A stretch of DNA of 52,145 nucleotides from Candidatus Methanophagales archaeon (GCA_030612835.1 JAUWND010000001.1:1-52145), one strand, 5' to 3'; shown: positions 18,946 to 29,303, counted from the first letter of the stretch. The notes: generated from the letters alone by a model not told the origin. Translations and numbers: made by a program.

Positions 18946-20679
18946 TTATCGCACACTACCCGGCAGCGTTTTCCTTGATGCGACGAAAGCGTCGACACCG
19001 TCTCGAGTAGTTTCGTAAATGTGATCCGCTCCAATCGCATCTTCAACCCCCATCCTGCGCATCTTGTCTCGCAGTGGGTCCCTCACATGGGAGAGGAACA
19101 TAACAATATCTTTACTGCTCAGTTCCTTGTTCAGCTTTATCAGCCGATCTGCGCCTGTAATGTCAATATCGTTCATGGCTTCTGCGTCAATCAAAACAGT
19201 TTTCACTTGTTCCTTGGCTTCGGCAATACAGCGCTTCACTTCACTAGCAAAAAAGTTGCAATTGAAGAATATTAGTCGGGCATCAAATCGGAAGATAAGC
19301 AGCCCGGGAATCGTTTTTGCATCCGTTCGTCGCTGGATGTCGCGGTAATAGGTCCTCTCACCAGGGACTCTGCCCAAAACGGCTGTGCCCGGGTGGCTTG
19401 CCTTCTTGATCAACACCAGAAGCGAGAGGACAACTCCCAGACCTACGCCCTGCAACACGCCGAGGGTAAGCACACCAAAGAAACAGATCATGCCCAGCGT
19501 AAACTCGGTACGACTGAGTTTCAGTTCTTTCTTGAGTTTGGCAGTCTGATCAAGACCAATCAGCGCCACGATCACGATGGCCGCCAGTGTCGCGTCAGGC
19601 AGGTTGGTAAATAGCGGCATTAGAAAAACTAATGTCAGGATCGCTAGGATGCCGCTGACGACATGGCTGATCTGAGTCTTCCCACCCGCCCCCATAGCTA
19701 CCGATGTCTTCGACAGGCTGCCGGCAACAACAAATCCCGTGCTTAAGCCCGCGCCCAGATTAGCAGCGCCCAGGGCAACCAACTCCTGATCGGGATCGAT
19801 TTTACCGCCACCACTCGAGGCAGCGCTTTTGGCGGCGCCAAGCGTCTCTACGTAGCCAAGCAGAAGTATTGCCAGAGCGCCAGGAACAATACTCATATAT
19901 TCTGTTAGGCTTACGTCTGGCAAACTCATGGGCGGCATGCCCGTGCTAAACGTTCCGATCACGTCAACGCCTTTAGCCGTCAGGTCCAGGGCTGAAACCA
20001 CCACAATGGAAATAATAAGGGTTGTGAGTGCAGCCGGCAATTTCGACACATACCGCCCGATAGCAAAGATTAACACGAGGCTGCCAACACCGAGTGCCAG
20101 CGTTGTCAGGTTGGTATCGGGCAGCGCCTGGATAATCGCCCAGAGTTTTTCAAAGAAATTGACACCACCGCCTTCAATGCCAAACAGCTTGGGCACCTGA
20201 CCTATGATTGTGACCATGACAACCCCCTCGAGAAAACCGGACATCACCGGGATCGAGATAAAGTTGGCTATCCAGCCCATCCGCAGTATTCCAAACACTA
20301 TGAAGAATACTCCAACCGCTATCGCCATCGCCGATGTTAGCGCCAGATACTCAGCCGCACCAACAGCAGCCACTGCGCCAATGGCACTGGCGGAAATCAA
20401 CGCCACTGCCGAATCTGGTCCCACAACCAGCGTGCGGGACGTGCCGAAAATGGCATAGAAAAACAGCGGTAGGGGGAGCGTATATAGCCCCATTATCGGG
20501 GGCACTCCGGCAATCCCGGCATAAGCCATTGCCTGCGGTACAAGCACCGCCCAGATGGTTAGTCCCGAAATGAGATCGTAGCGCAGCCAGGAGGGCTTGT
20601 ACTCTGGCAGCCATCTCAGGATCGGCAAGTACCGCTGGAGCAGGTTCTTAAGGTTAGTTGAACTTGTTTCGTTAGTCAT
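18946..20679 (-). CDS. SulP/SLC26 anion transporter with STAS domain
   Basis: DLISGLT...VPQAMAYA, GSLSKT, STAS FRFDARLIFFN...DIDITG. Confidence 0.95.
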   Translation of the reverse strand: MTNETSSTNLKNLLQRYLPILRWLPEYKPSWLRYDLISGLTIWAVLVPQAMAYAGIAGVPPIMGLYTLPLPLFFYAIFGTSRTLVVGPDSAVALISASAIGAVAAVGAAEYLALTSAMAIAVGVFFIVFGILRMGWIANFISIPVMSGFLEGVVMVTIIGQVPKLFGIEGGGVNFFEKLWAIIQALPDTNLTTLALGVGSLVLIFAIGRYVSKLPAALTTLIISIVVVSALDLTAKGVDVIGTFSTGMPPMSLPDVSLTEYMSIVPGALAILLLGYVETLGAAKSAASSGGGKIDPDQELVALGAANLGAGLSTGFVVAGSLSKTSVAMGAGGKTQISHVVSGILAILTLVFLMPLFTNLPDATLAAIVIVALIGLDQTAKLKKELKLSRTEFTLGMICFFGVLTLGVLQGVGLGVVLSLLVLIKKASHPGTAVLGRVPGERTYYRDIQRRTDAKTIPGLLIFRFDARLIFFNCNFFASEVKRCIAEAKEQVKTVLIDAEAMNDIDITGADRLIKLNKELSSKDIVMFLSHVRDPLRDKMRRMGVEDAIGADHIYETTRDGVDAFVASRKTLPGSVR

Positions 20680-20909
20680 AGATGGTGATTGCGAAAAACA
20701 TGTGCTGATTATGTGTTATAATTAATATATTTGTGAACACAAAAAGAAATAGCAAAAACGCATCAGAGAAGATAAGCCGGAGGTCATAGCTGGAGATGAT
20801 CCTTGATGAGAAAAGGTCTTAATAGTTGTCAACCTCATGATTGCAGGGATTTTCTCTGAAATTTTCTCTTAAAGTGGGAAAATTCGATCAAAGAAATAGT
20901 TCCTGTTCA

Positions 20910-21370
20910 TTATAATTGGTGTAAATCAATTGCAAGTTCCGCAATGTTCCCTGCATAGTCCCCTATTCGGCTGATACTGTCGGTTATAATACCTATCGGT
21001 AGCGCCTTTGATGCCTCCATCTTCAATTGGTTGATCACAGATATACTCTTCCTTATCTTCACATTCTCTCGCAATCTTTTCTTATTTCCTGTGGTATCGT
21101 GCGTGCATGGAGTTCTATGAATTGGTGCCCCATCACATAAGCACCTATAATATCCCTTCTGAGCCCGTTCTTCTCACCATCGAGTTTTAATGTTTTATGG
21201 CTGGTTACAGTTTTAGTCCTAGACGGTGTAAGCAATAATGTCCCCTCACCCCGATAAGAGAGAGATACCAGTGAGCCAGGCTGCAGCCCGACATCAACCG
21301 CCCATTTCTTCGGCAACGTAATCATATACGTTGATTTTCCGGTTATCTGAACTTTTCTCGCTTCTTCCAT
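20910..21370 (-). pseudogene. AbrB-PhoU phosphate uptake regulator, internally deleted and frameshifted
   Basis: RKVQITGKSTYMITLPKKWA (AbrB-like) stops early at 21059; the C-terminal PhoU motif DSISRIGDYAGNIAELAI follows in another frame to TAA at 20910-20912. Confidence 0.88.
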
Positions 21371-21379
21371 CTTACGCAA

Positions 21380-21682
21380 TCAGTCCAACTTCCTCCTCTT
21401 TCCTGTAACCATATATATAATACAAGAAGCGATATTGCATGCGTGGTCACCGATTCGCTCTAAATGCAACGCTACGAAGTTCAGATGGCTCGCATTTGCA
21501 ATGAATCGTGGCTTTTCTATCGTAATCGTTATCAATTCCCGTCTGACCTAGTCAAATAGTGCATCTATCACATCGTCTCGTTCCGAGAAATTTTCCAGCA
21601 TTTTTATCTCGCCGGTCGAAAACGCTTCAAGACAGTCAGAGAGCATGCCTTGCGAAATCTCCGACATCCGCGGTATATCTAT
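21380..21682 (-). pseudogene. phoU: PhoU C-terminal half fused to pstS, with in-frame TAG
   Basis: IDIPRMSE...DDVIDALFD*VRRELIT...LERIGDHACNIA...YMVTGK...*; TAG at 21548-21550. Confidence 0.88.
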
Positions 21683-22705
21683 TGCACCTTCGCCTACAGC
21701 CTTTACGCCGTGACCGGAACCGCCACCAGAGACGGATATTCTTAGCTCTGGGTTCTCTACCATAAGAATTCGTGCACATTCTTGATTTATCGGAAGTACT
21801 GTTGTAGAGCCTGCGATTGTCAGTTCGCCGGAAAGCTCTGTTGCTTGCACGGGCATTGGAACTGCCACTGTACTAATGTAGCCCATCTCTTCCACCATCG
21901 TCTGCCCCTCTTCGCTCAACACGAAATCTATGAATGCTTTCTCAAGTTCGCTTGGCGCCCCTTTCGTTATGATATACAAACTCCGCGAAATCGGATATTC
22001 ACCAGAAAGCACGTTCTCTTCTGTCGCTTCCACACCGTCTATTTTGACCGCTTTTAGTGATTTGTCTACGTATCCAAGGGAGAGATAACCAATGCTCATT
22101 TTATCTCTACTGACAGTTGCTCTTATATCACCATTCGATGGTTTAACCGATGCTTTTCCTGCTATCTCTCGATCAAAAGGCTTCATCACCGCCTTCTCGA
22201 AGCAATCCCTCGTTCCGGAGCCACCTTCTCGCGTTATCACACGAATCTCGCCATCAGTGCCGCCAACATCCTTCCAGTTCGTTATCTCGCCACTGAATAT
22301 CTTCGATGCATCTTCCATTGTCAGGTCGCTTACACCGTTATTCGGATGCAGAACGATAGCCACGCTATCTTTTCCTACTACCACCGGCTTCAGATCCGGA
22401 TACATCTCCATCTCTTTCGATTTTACGTCCCTTGACGCCGCACCTATATCTATCGCACCTTCGCCTACAGCCTTTACGCCGTGCCCGGAACCGCCACCAG
22501 AGACGGATATTCTTAGCTCTGGGTTCTCTACCATAAGAATTCGTGCACATTCTTGATTTATCGGAAGTACTGTTGTAGAGCCTGCGATTGTCAGTTCGCC
22601 GGAAAGCTCTGCTGCTTGCACGGGCATTGGGACCGCCACTGTACCAATAGTCGCTATCATCGCTACTACTATAGCCGCCATCACGGCCGTCTTTATTTTT
22701 TCCAT
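21548..22705 (-). CDS. pstS: Phosphate-binding protein PstS (one full domain, start of a second domain, PhoU-derived tail)
   Basis: Signal peptide, AGSTTV, GGGSGHG, REGGSGTR, YPISRSL; the first ~65 aa of the domain repeat before a switch to PhoU sequence. Confidence 0.9.
   Translation of the reverse strand: MEKIKTAVMAAIVVAMIATIGTVAVPMPVQAAELSGELTIAGSTTVLPINQECARILMVENPELRISVSGGGSGHGVKAVGEGAIDIGAASRDVKSKEMEMYPDLKPVVVGKDSVAIVLHPNNGVSDLTMEDASKIFSGEITNWKDVGGTDGEIRVITREGGSGTRDCFEKAVMKPFDREIAGKASVKPSNGDIRATVSRDKMSIGYLSLGYVDKSLKAVKIDGVEATEENVLSGEYPISRSLYIITKGAPSELEKAFIDFVLSEEGQTMVEEMGYISTVAVPMPVQATELSGELTIAGSTTVLPINQECARILMVENPELRISVSGGGSGHGVKAVGEGAIDIPRMSEISQGMLSDCLEAFSTGEIKMLENFSERDDVIDALFD
21674..22644. 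repeat. 200-bp direct repeat within pstS (21674-21873 and 22445-22644)
   Basis: Copies 771 bp apart; I count 5 mismatches by eye. Confidence 0.92.
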
Positions 22706-22872
22706 TTTCTTCTTATTTCACCTCTGGAATATATATAATATCTACGAATATATAAAAAACTATCAGTACTATATATAGATAACGTTTATATACTACGGCA
22801 CCAAATTATACAGCTTAACCGGAATATATTGTCGGTACAAGCTTCCTTCAGTAGGATCAACAAAGAGCTACT

Positions 22873-23901
22873 TCAGCTCACAAACAAACACAACTGAACC
22901 ACCCAAAACGCCGTTCCGCCTACTAAGGCCGCTATCGGAATAGTTATTACCCAGGCAGTGATCATTTTTCCCACTTCTGACCATCTTATTCTGCGAAGGC
23001 TTTGGAAGAATGTTCCCCCTATCACTGCGGAAGCTAATACGTGCGTGGTGCTTACTGGCATACCCGCTATACTTACACCTACTATTGCGAGACCCGCACC
23101 CGTTTCGGCAGAGAACCCATGTTTCGGTTCTAACTTCGCCAATCGCCACCCCACAGTCTTTATCACGCGCCAGCCCAGTAAAAATGTGCCCAAAGCCATC
23201 GTAGACCCGCACATTAACATCACCCACCAGGGTACGTAAAAATAGGTGATAAAGCCACCAATCCACAAAGCTGCTGTTATTACGCCCATTGCATTTTGTG
23301 TATCGTTCATACCGTGGCTGAACGCCATAAAGGAGGACGAAATAATCTGCAATTTCTTAAATACTCTTTCGGTCGCAGGAGTAGGTGTTTTTTTAAAGAA
23401 AAAGTGGAGCACCCAATTAGTGACGATAAATATAACTGCTCCTGCTGCAAATCCTATAAACGGGCCGAGCGCAATAGCAAGAAATACCTTATTTGTTAGC
23501 ACTTCCCATTGTATTATCCCCATCCCACCTGCAACTATTCCCGAACCAAGTAAACCACCTACCAACGAATGTGTCACACTTATAGGAATTCCAAGCGCGG
23601 TGCAGACGAAAGTCCATATTATCGCACCAAGTAAACCTCCGATAAGAACCATGAATGCAATTTCTTGTCCCAGCTCTGGTAGTGAAACAATCCCTTTTCC
23701 AATAGTCGCTGCTACTGCGGTAATAGCAAAAGCGCCTGTGAGGTTAAAAAGACTCGCCAACGCTAATGCCTTTAACGGCGTCAGCGCTTTGGTAGCTATT
23801 ACAGTCGCAATTGAATTCGCACTGTCATTTGCACCATTAAAAAAGTCATAGAGCAGTGCAAGGGCTATTATTATGATAACATAGCCAAAAACCGATAACA
23901 T
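22873..23901 (-). CDS. Inorganic phosphate transporter (PiT family)
   Basis: NGANDSANSIAT, PISVTH, HGMNDTQN, PVSTTH. Confidence 0.95.
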   Translation of the reverse strand: MLSVFGYVIIIIALALLYDFFNGANDSANSIATVIATKALTPLKALALASLFNLTGAFAITAVAATIGKGIVSLPELGQEIAFMVLIGGLLGAIIWTFVCTALGIPISVTHSLVGGLLGSGIVAGGMGIIQWEVLTNKVFLAIALGPFIGFAAGAVIFIVTNWVLHFFFKKTPTPATERVFKKLQIISSSFMAFSHGMNDTQNAMGVITAALWIGGFITYFYVPWWVMLMCGSTMALGTFLLGWRVIKTVGWRLAKLEPKHGFSAETGAGLAIVGVSIAGMPVSTTHVLASAVIGGTFFQSLRRIRWSEVGKMITAWVITIPIAALVGGTAFWVVQLCLFVS

Positions 23902-23904
23902 CTA

Positions 23905-24549
23905 TTAAATACCGCCCTTCAACCTAAACGTTTCCATGATATTCGCCACATCTTCACACTGATCCATTGTATCTTCTAAGATCTCTACTATCTCTTTGAG
24001 CAGCAGTCGATCAAGGAGCTCATTAGGATCTTCTACGGGCGTAGTCATCAGTATTCGCAGCCATTTCCGGTTTACTTTGTCTGCGTCGTTTTCCAATTCG
24101 TTTATCCTTATGCAACAAGCTTCTAAAGAGATCTCTTCTCTTTTCAGATCCCGCAGGCAATGAACTGCCGTTCTTATCTCCTCTGATGCCTCCTTGATAA
24201 TTGGCGAGAACTCAATTACCGACTCCGGAACCTTTTGCTTCTGCGAAAATGACAACCTCACTACCGCTTTCTCTATACCGTCTATTACATTGTCGAGATT
24301 ATGAGCGAAATAACGTATGTCGCCCTTCTCTTCCGTGACACGAGTGTGGTCATAATACAGCCCCTGTATTATCTGATGAACAATCGAATCAGCATCCTCT
24401 TCCAGCATTCTAAGCTGCTCACTGATTTGCGGAAGGTCAGAATATTTTGTTCCCAAATCAGCCAATAGATCCGCTGCTTCCACGGCCTTATCTGCAAGCT
24501 CCTCAAAGAGGTCAAAGAATTTGTTTTCTCGAGGTAAAAACACGGTCAT
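23905..24549 (-). CDS. DUF47 PhoU-like PiT accessory protein
   Basis: LPRENKFFDLF, LEEDADSI, LDNVID, LENDAD, DQCEDVA. ATG 24549 matches the usual family N-terminus. Confidence 0.9.
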   Translation of the reverse strand: MTVFLPRENKFFDLFEELADKAVEAADLLADLGTKYSDLPQISEQLRMLEEDADSIVHQIIQGLYYDHTRVTEEKGDIRYFAHNLDNVIDGIEKAVVRLSFSQKQKVPESVIEFSPIIKEASEEIRTAVHCLRDLKREEISLEACCIRINELENDADKVNRKWLRILMTTPVEDPNELLDRLLLKEIVEILEDTMDQCEDVANIMETFRLKGGI

Positions 24550-24580
24550 TTTATGTAAGACCGAACTAATTATTATCGCA

Positions 24581-24686
24581 GCTATAGGGGAAAATCTCCG
24601 CACTTTTGTTTCTCCTTCCACCCGCTTCAGGGTAGCGGCAAAACCGCTTGGCATCTTACCCATTTTCATGTCCTTCCACCAATAGC
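24581..24686 (-). promoter_or_regulatory. Candidate structured 5' leader RNA of the DUF47-PiT operon
   Basis: Begins ~20 nt after TTTAAATA (24706-24713); terminal stem GCUAUUGGUGGAAGG/UUUUCCCCUAUAGC, inner GGGUA/UACCC and AGCGG/CCGCU. Confidence 0.5.
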
Positions 24687-24767
24687 ATATAGAAATGAAA
24701 AGGGGTATTTAAATTTTTCTAAATTAACGGATATAGAAATGTTTATACATAGATGCGCGGAAAAGAT

Positions 24768-25349
24768 TTAGGCGATATAATCCAATAATTTCCTGAATGC
24801 ACGGCCTCTGTGCGATACAACATTCTTCTCTTCTGTACTCATCTCCGCAAATGTCTTATTCGCACCTTCCAATTCAAATATCGGGTCATAGCCAAAGCCA
24901 CCCTCGCCCCTAGCCGCCTTTGCTATTCTACCCTCGGAGGTGCCGACAAAGAGTATAGGTACCTTTTCCTTGGATTCACAGAATGCAACAACAGTTTTAA
25001 AAGTAGCTCTTCTCTCTTCGCCCTTCTTATCAACCATCAATTTCAGAATCCCGAAATTGCCGATTTTATTGAATGCAAATGCGGAGAAAGGGCCAGGAAA
25101 GCCATTTAAAGCGGGTATGGTCAACCCCGAATCTTCGATGAAGAACGGCTTTTCCTCTTTTATCGGCTTATACCGCCGTATATAATTCGCACTTTCTTCC
25201 GCTACCGTTTCTATCTCATCGAGCTGAAATTCGGGATAGTCATAATCGAGATGTGCGATGGTTATGTCCTTCGATTCTGAGTTAGCCAGCGCTCTTATCT
25301 CTTTTACTTTGTGCTTGTTCGAGGTGATGAAAACAAGTTCCTTTTTCAT
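24768..25349 (-). CDS. rdgB: Non-canonical purine NTP pyrophosphatase (RdgB/HAM1)
   Basis: FITSNKHK, EDSGL...LNGFPGPFS, FGYDPIF, SHRGRA. Confidence 0.95.
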   Translation of the reverse strand: MKKELVFITSNKHKVKEIRALANSESKDITIAHLDYDYPEFQLDEIETVAEESANYIRRYKPIKEEKPFFIEDSGLTIPALNGFPGPFSAFAFNKIGNFGILKLMVDKKGEERRATFKTVVAFCESKEKVPILFVGTSEGRIAKAARGEGGFGYDPIFELEGANKTFAEMSTEEKNVVSHRGRAFRKLLDYIA

Positions 25350-25380
25350 TGCTGTATTTCACTAAGATTTTAATATTATG

Positions 25381-26554
25381 TTAAACTATATGCTCCCAAT
25401 CTTTTAATTCGTAATTCATAATTCGTAATTCCTTTTATTGTCCGCAAACGACAGATCATACGGTGGCTCTTCACCCAGTCTTTCATAAAGCTCATTTACC
25501 TCACATTTCAGTTCTATCATCTTCAACTCACGATCCACCGCTAACCGATTGAACTGTTCAAGTTCTGTAATTCTAAATCCCCATGCCCAGAAATCACCAT
25601 AGATAATGGTTTACCCATGAGGGCATCGCCTTTGTATCCCAGAAGTTTCTCCACGCTTTTATTGACCACTACCACATTACCACTTAAATCGGTAGAAAGA
25701 ATTGCAGTTGGCGACTCGTGAATCAAACTCTCCAGGTAGTCCCTGTTCTCTTTTAGTTCCTGTTCTAACTGCTTCCTTTCCGTAATATCTTGAGCGATGC
25801 ATAATATGCCTCTTGTTTCGCCATATGCATCTTTCAAGCTGGTGGTATCCCAGGAAAGAATGCGCTCGCCACCATCTTTTCTTGTTATGACAGCATCATA
25901 GGCTTTTACTTGGGCGCCGTCCAAACAACTTTTTAAGATTTTTGATACTTCTTCTCTCTGTGTTGCAACAGGGTATACAAGTTTAAGCCAATTTTTGCCG
26001 ATTAGTTCTTCTTTGTTATAGCCTGTCACCTCTTCGGTTTTCGTGTTGCATAGTATAGTATTATCATCCAAATCAATACCCACAATAACGACACCTGCAG
26101 TATCAATCAAATTCTCCGAAAATTCTTTCTCCTTCTTTATTTCAGCCTCCATTTGCTTCCGCTTCCAAGCTTCAAGTGCTGCCTTAATCGTCCCCACTAT
26201 TCTATCCCCTGTGAGGTGGTCTTTTGGAATGTAGTCAATTGCACCTTTATGGAGGGCCTGCACCGCAATCTCTTCGCTCCCAAACCCTGTAAGCATGACT
26301 ACGGGTGCTATCTTCTTTTTGACAATCTCTTCAAGCCATTCCATGCCGGATTTTTCGGGCATTAGAATATCCATTAGGATCAAATCGATTCCCCCTTTGT
26401 CTAAAGCATCCTGTATCTCCACTTTTCGTCTCGCTTCTAGCAATACGAATTCCCTCTCCGATGCCGAACGCAAATAAGTTCGAACCAGTTTACAGAATGC
26501 CGGGTCGTCGTCGCAGATGAGAATTTTTATCGTTTTCGCTTCTTCCATCTTCAC
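25381..26554 (-). pseudogene. Receiver-PAS-PAS signalling protein with internal deletion/frameshift
   Basis: REC (ILICDDD, DILMP, DYIPK), one full PAS/PAC, second PAS cut near 25567; C-terminal ELEQFNRLAVDRELKMIELK continues in another frame to TAA at 25381-25383. Confidence 0.78.
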
Positions 26555-26621
26555 GACTCCTCAAGTGTTAGTTTGGATATTTTAGCTATTAGATATTTAG
26601 GGGTTGCATCAATACCTAAAA

Positions 26622-27605
26622 CTACATGAAGCTCTTTCTCAGAGTCTCCGCGGAATGAGGGCTCAAATATCTTGGCGGTATATCGAGCATGGTAAAAGCA
26701 CCCTTGTGCCCCTCTTTGCTCAGTCGAAATGCTGCTCTTGCACAAGCGACCAAAACATTGGCTGTAAACCCAGGGTTGCTCTCCAATTGACACCGGAATT
26801 CGAGTATTTGCTTATTGACCTCCCCGGTCACGCCAGAAGTAAGTACAAAGCCGCCGTGAGGCAGTTTAGAATGGTTTTCAACCATCTCTTCTTTGCTGAT
26901 GAACAATACTTCGGTATCATATTCATCATAATAATGTGGCATGGTAGTTATATCCCTTCTTATTCGCTCTATATCTGCCCCTTCTTCTGCAACAACATAA
27001 ACTAAGCGTTTATGCAGCTCTCTTTTGGTAAACTCCGGAGTTTCGCCGCTTCTTACACGCCGTACTGCTTGTTCTATCGGAATAGTGTACGCTCTGGCAT
27101 CTAGGACGCCCTCAACCTTCCTTGCTGCGTCAGAATGCCCCTGGCTAACACCTTCGCCCCAAAAGGTGTACTGCTTGCTTTGTGGTAGAAAAGCGTCACA
27201 TAGGACCCGCATTAGAGAGAAAATCCCGGGATCCCAGCCTGTAGAAATTACATGGACATGTCCATGATCTTTTGCAATTGAATCCATTCTCTGAAAATAG
27301 CTCGGGATATCCGCATGCGTATCAAAACTGTCAACCGTATTGAATCTCTTGGCAAACTTTGGACCCTGAACCGGAATGTCTTCCTTTGAGCCGCCGCAGA
27401 GAATCGCTATATCTACTTGAATATCCTCAGGTAGGGAGTATTCCTCACTATGAAATACCGGAACATCTTTTAGCTCTTTTCTTACTTGTTCAGGTCTTCT
27501 GGTTAAAACCGCTACTAACTCTGTATCGGCATTTAGTTTTGTTGCCTCTTCGACACCTCTGCCCACGTTCCCATAGCCAACCAGGGCAATATTTATCTTT
27601 TCCAT
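26622..27605 (-). CDS. ddh: meso-diaminopimelate D-dehydrogenase
   Basis: GYGNVG, VDSFDTHADI, GWDPGIFS, TFWGEGVSQGHSDA, HGG. Confidence 0.95.
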   Translation of the reverse strand: MEKINIALVGYGNVGRGVEEATKLNADTELVAVLTRRPEQVRKELKDVPVFHSEEYSLPEDIQVDIAILCGGSKEDIPVQGPKFAKRFNTVDSFDTHADIPSYFQRMDSIAKDHGHVHVISTGWDPGIFSLMRVLCDAFLPQSKQYTFWGEGVSQGHSDAARKVEGVLDARAYTIPIEQAVRRVRSGETPEFTKRELHKRLVYVVAEEGADIERIRRDITTMPHYYDEYDTEVLFISKEEMVENHSKLPHGGFVLTSGVTGEVNKQILEFRCQLESNPGFTANVLVACARAAFRLSKEGHKGAFTMLDIPPRYLSPHSAETLRKSFM

Positions 27606-27656
27606 GATTCTAGCCCGCCGTTTAGAACTTTCTAACATTGAAATAGGGACTTGAAC

Positions 27657-28460
27657 TCATAGTGTCAGCCCCTTCTCCTTCAGATAGTTCTTTATCTCTC
27701 CTACCGTATACGTCCCGTAATGGAAAATACTCGCTGCCAGGCATGCGTCCGCACCATTAACAAAACCATCATAGATATGCTCTACGGTTCCGACACCACC
27801 GGACGCAATTACTGGAATGTCCACAGCTTCAGCAATTGCTTTTGTAATGGGTATGTCATATCCGTCTGTCGTACCATCTCTATCCTTAGAAGTCAGCAAT
27901 ATCTCCGCAGCACCGAGTGCCTGCACCTCTTTTGCCCACTTTATCGCATCAATTCCGGTATACTCGCGCCCGCCGTAGATAACGACATCATACCAGGTGC
28001 TCCTTCCATCTTCTAATTGCACTTGCGTTTTGTCTTCAGCATCCTCTAACTTCCTCTTGCAGTCAATTGCAACTACGATACGATTTCCAAATTTATCGGC
28101 TGCTTCTTTTATTAGCTCTGGGTTCTTTACCGCTGCGGTATTCACACCCACCTTATCAGCGCCTGCATCAAAAACCTTTTCAAAATCCGCTATGCTCTTT
28201 ATCCCGCCACCTACGCATAAAGGAATGGATACTTGCGCGGCTATCTGCTCTACCATTGAGATCATTGTATCCCTTCTATCGACGGACGCGGAAATATCGA
28301 GAAAAACGAGCTCATCCGCACCCTGCGCATCGTATCGCTTTGCTAATTCAACCGGGTCGCCGGCATATTTGAGATTCTCAAATTCTATGCCCTTTACTAC
28401 AACGGCCTTACCCTGCTCATCGAATGTTGTATCAAGGCAGGGGATTATTCGTTTTGTCAT
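27657..28460 (-). CDS. hisF: Imidazole glycerol phosphate synthase cyclase subunit
   Basis: [40 protein letters not shown]. Confidence 0.97.
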   Translation of the reverse strand: MTKRIIPCLDTTFDEQGKAVVVKGIEFENLKYAGDPVELAKRYDAQGADELVFLDISASVDRRDTMISMVEQIAAQVSIPLCVGGGIKSIADFEKVFDAGADKVGVNTAAVKNPELIKEAADKFGNRIVVAIDCKRKLEDAEDKTQVQLEDGRSTWYDVVIYGGREYTGIDAIKWAKEVQALGAAEILLTSKDRDGTTDGYDIPITKAIAEAVDIPVIASGGVGTVEHIYDGFVNGADACLAASIFHYGTYTVGEIKNYLKEKGLTL

Positions 28461-28697
28461 TTATGTCCTCCTATTTTGGTCGGTAATTTCATTTTTGTAT
28501 TTACATTAAAATAATTTTGATATTAGATATTGTTTGAGATTTGGATTTTGGGATTTTGGAAATTCTGGTAAAAAGCAAAAATCTTTTTTGTCCGCAGAAT
28601 GAGTGGTTGCAACGTTTGATGTAATGTATCACTCCACATCTGCAAAAAATTACTATCTTTTATATTTACTATCCCTATATATTATAAACAGAAAAAA

Positions 28698-29140
28698 ATG
28701 GATGGTGAAACATACAATAAAATAATCGCGGCTATACAGAACATAGGCGAAACAGGCGCAACTATCGAGGAGATCTCAAGAATTGTGCATTTAGACCGAC
28801 ATGCACTCTCCAAACAATAAAATTCTCGAAAAAATCCGATAACGTGGTCGTTCAAATCGAGCGAGTGGGCGAAAATGTTCTGTTTTCTGTAACAGATTAC
28901 GGTATTGGGATTTCAAAGGATGACATAGAGAAATTGTTCAAACCATTCTCACAAATTGACCCCTCTTTTCGGAGGGAACCTGGAGGAACCGGCTTAGGAT
29001 TAGCTATCGCAAAGGGGCTCATACAAGCGCACAAGGGTAAGATATGGGTAGAAAGTGAGCTAGGTAAAGGTTCAACATTCTTCTTCTCTATACCAATAGA
29101 GCAGGAGATTACCGAAAAAGAAGCACCTTATTTCGGCTAA
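28698..29140 (+). pseudogene. HTH-sensor histidine kinase, internally deleted
   Basis: MDGETY...[20 protein letters not shown] (HTH) joined out of frame to IKFSK...VTDYGIGI...GTGLGLAI...GKGSTF (HATPase_c); no HisKA between. Confidence 0.82.
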
Positions 29141-29209
29141 ATGCCAAATGCCTGGACTAACCCCTAAGGCAATATTTTTTCCCTGTCATTATATCAAATG
29201 ACAAAAAAT

Positions 29210-29303
29210 GAGCACTTTCTCTTTGCTTAGCGCAGAGTCCAGCGCGTCTTAGAAAAAACGTTTTTTTCTACACCGACACTAAGAGCGCTGGGAGGGAGAG
29301 CTC
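29210..29303. repeat. Nested palindrome
   Basis: CCAGCGCGTCTTAG/CTAAGAGCGCTGG around TAGAAAAAACGTTTTTTTCTA, with outer GAGC/GCTC pairing. Confidence 0.6.

Noticed and set aside
20700..20880. Possible IS end or gene relic upstream of SulP
   Set aside because: No partner inverted repeat or recognisable protein motif found.
21548..21550. In-frame TAG in phoU as possible pyrrolysine codon
   Set aside because: Position usually holds Gln (CAG to TAG is one change), the gene is already truncated, and no pyl genes are in the window.
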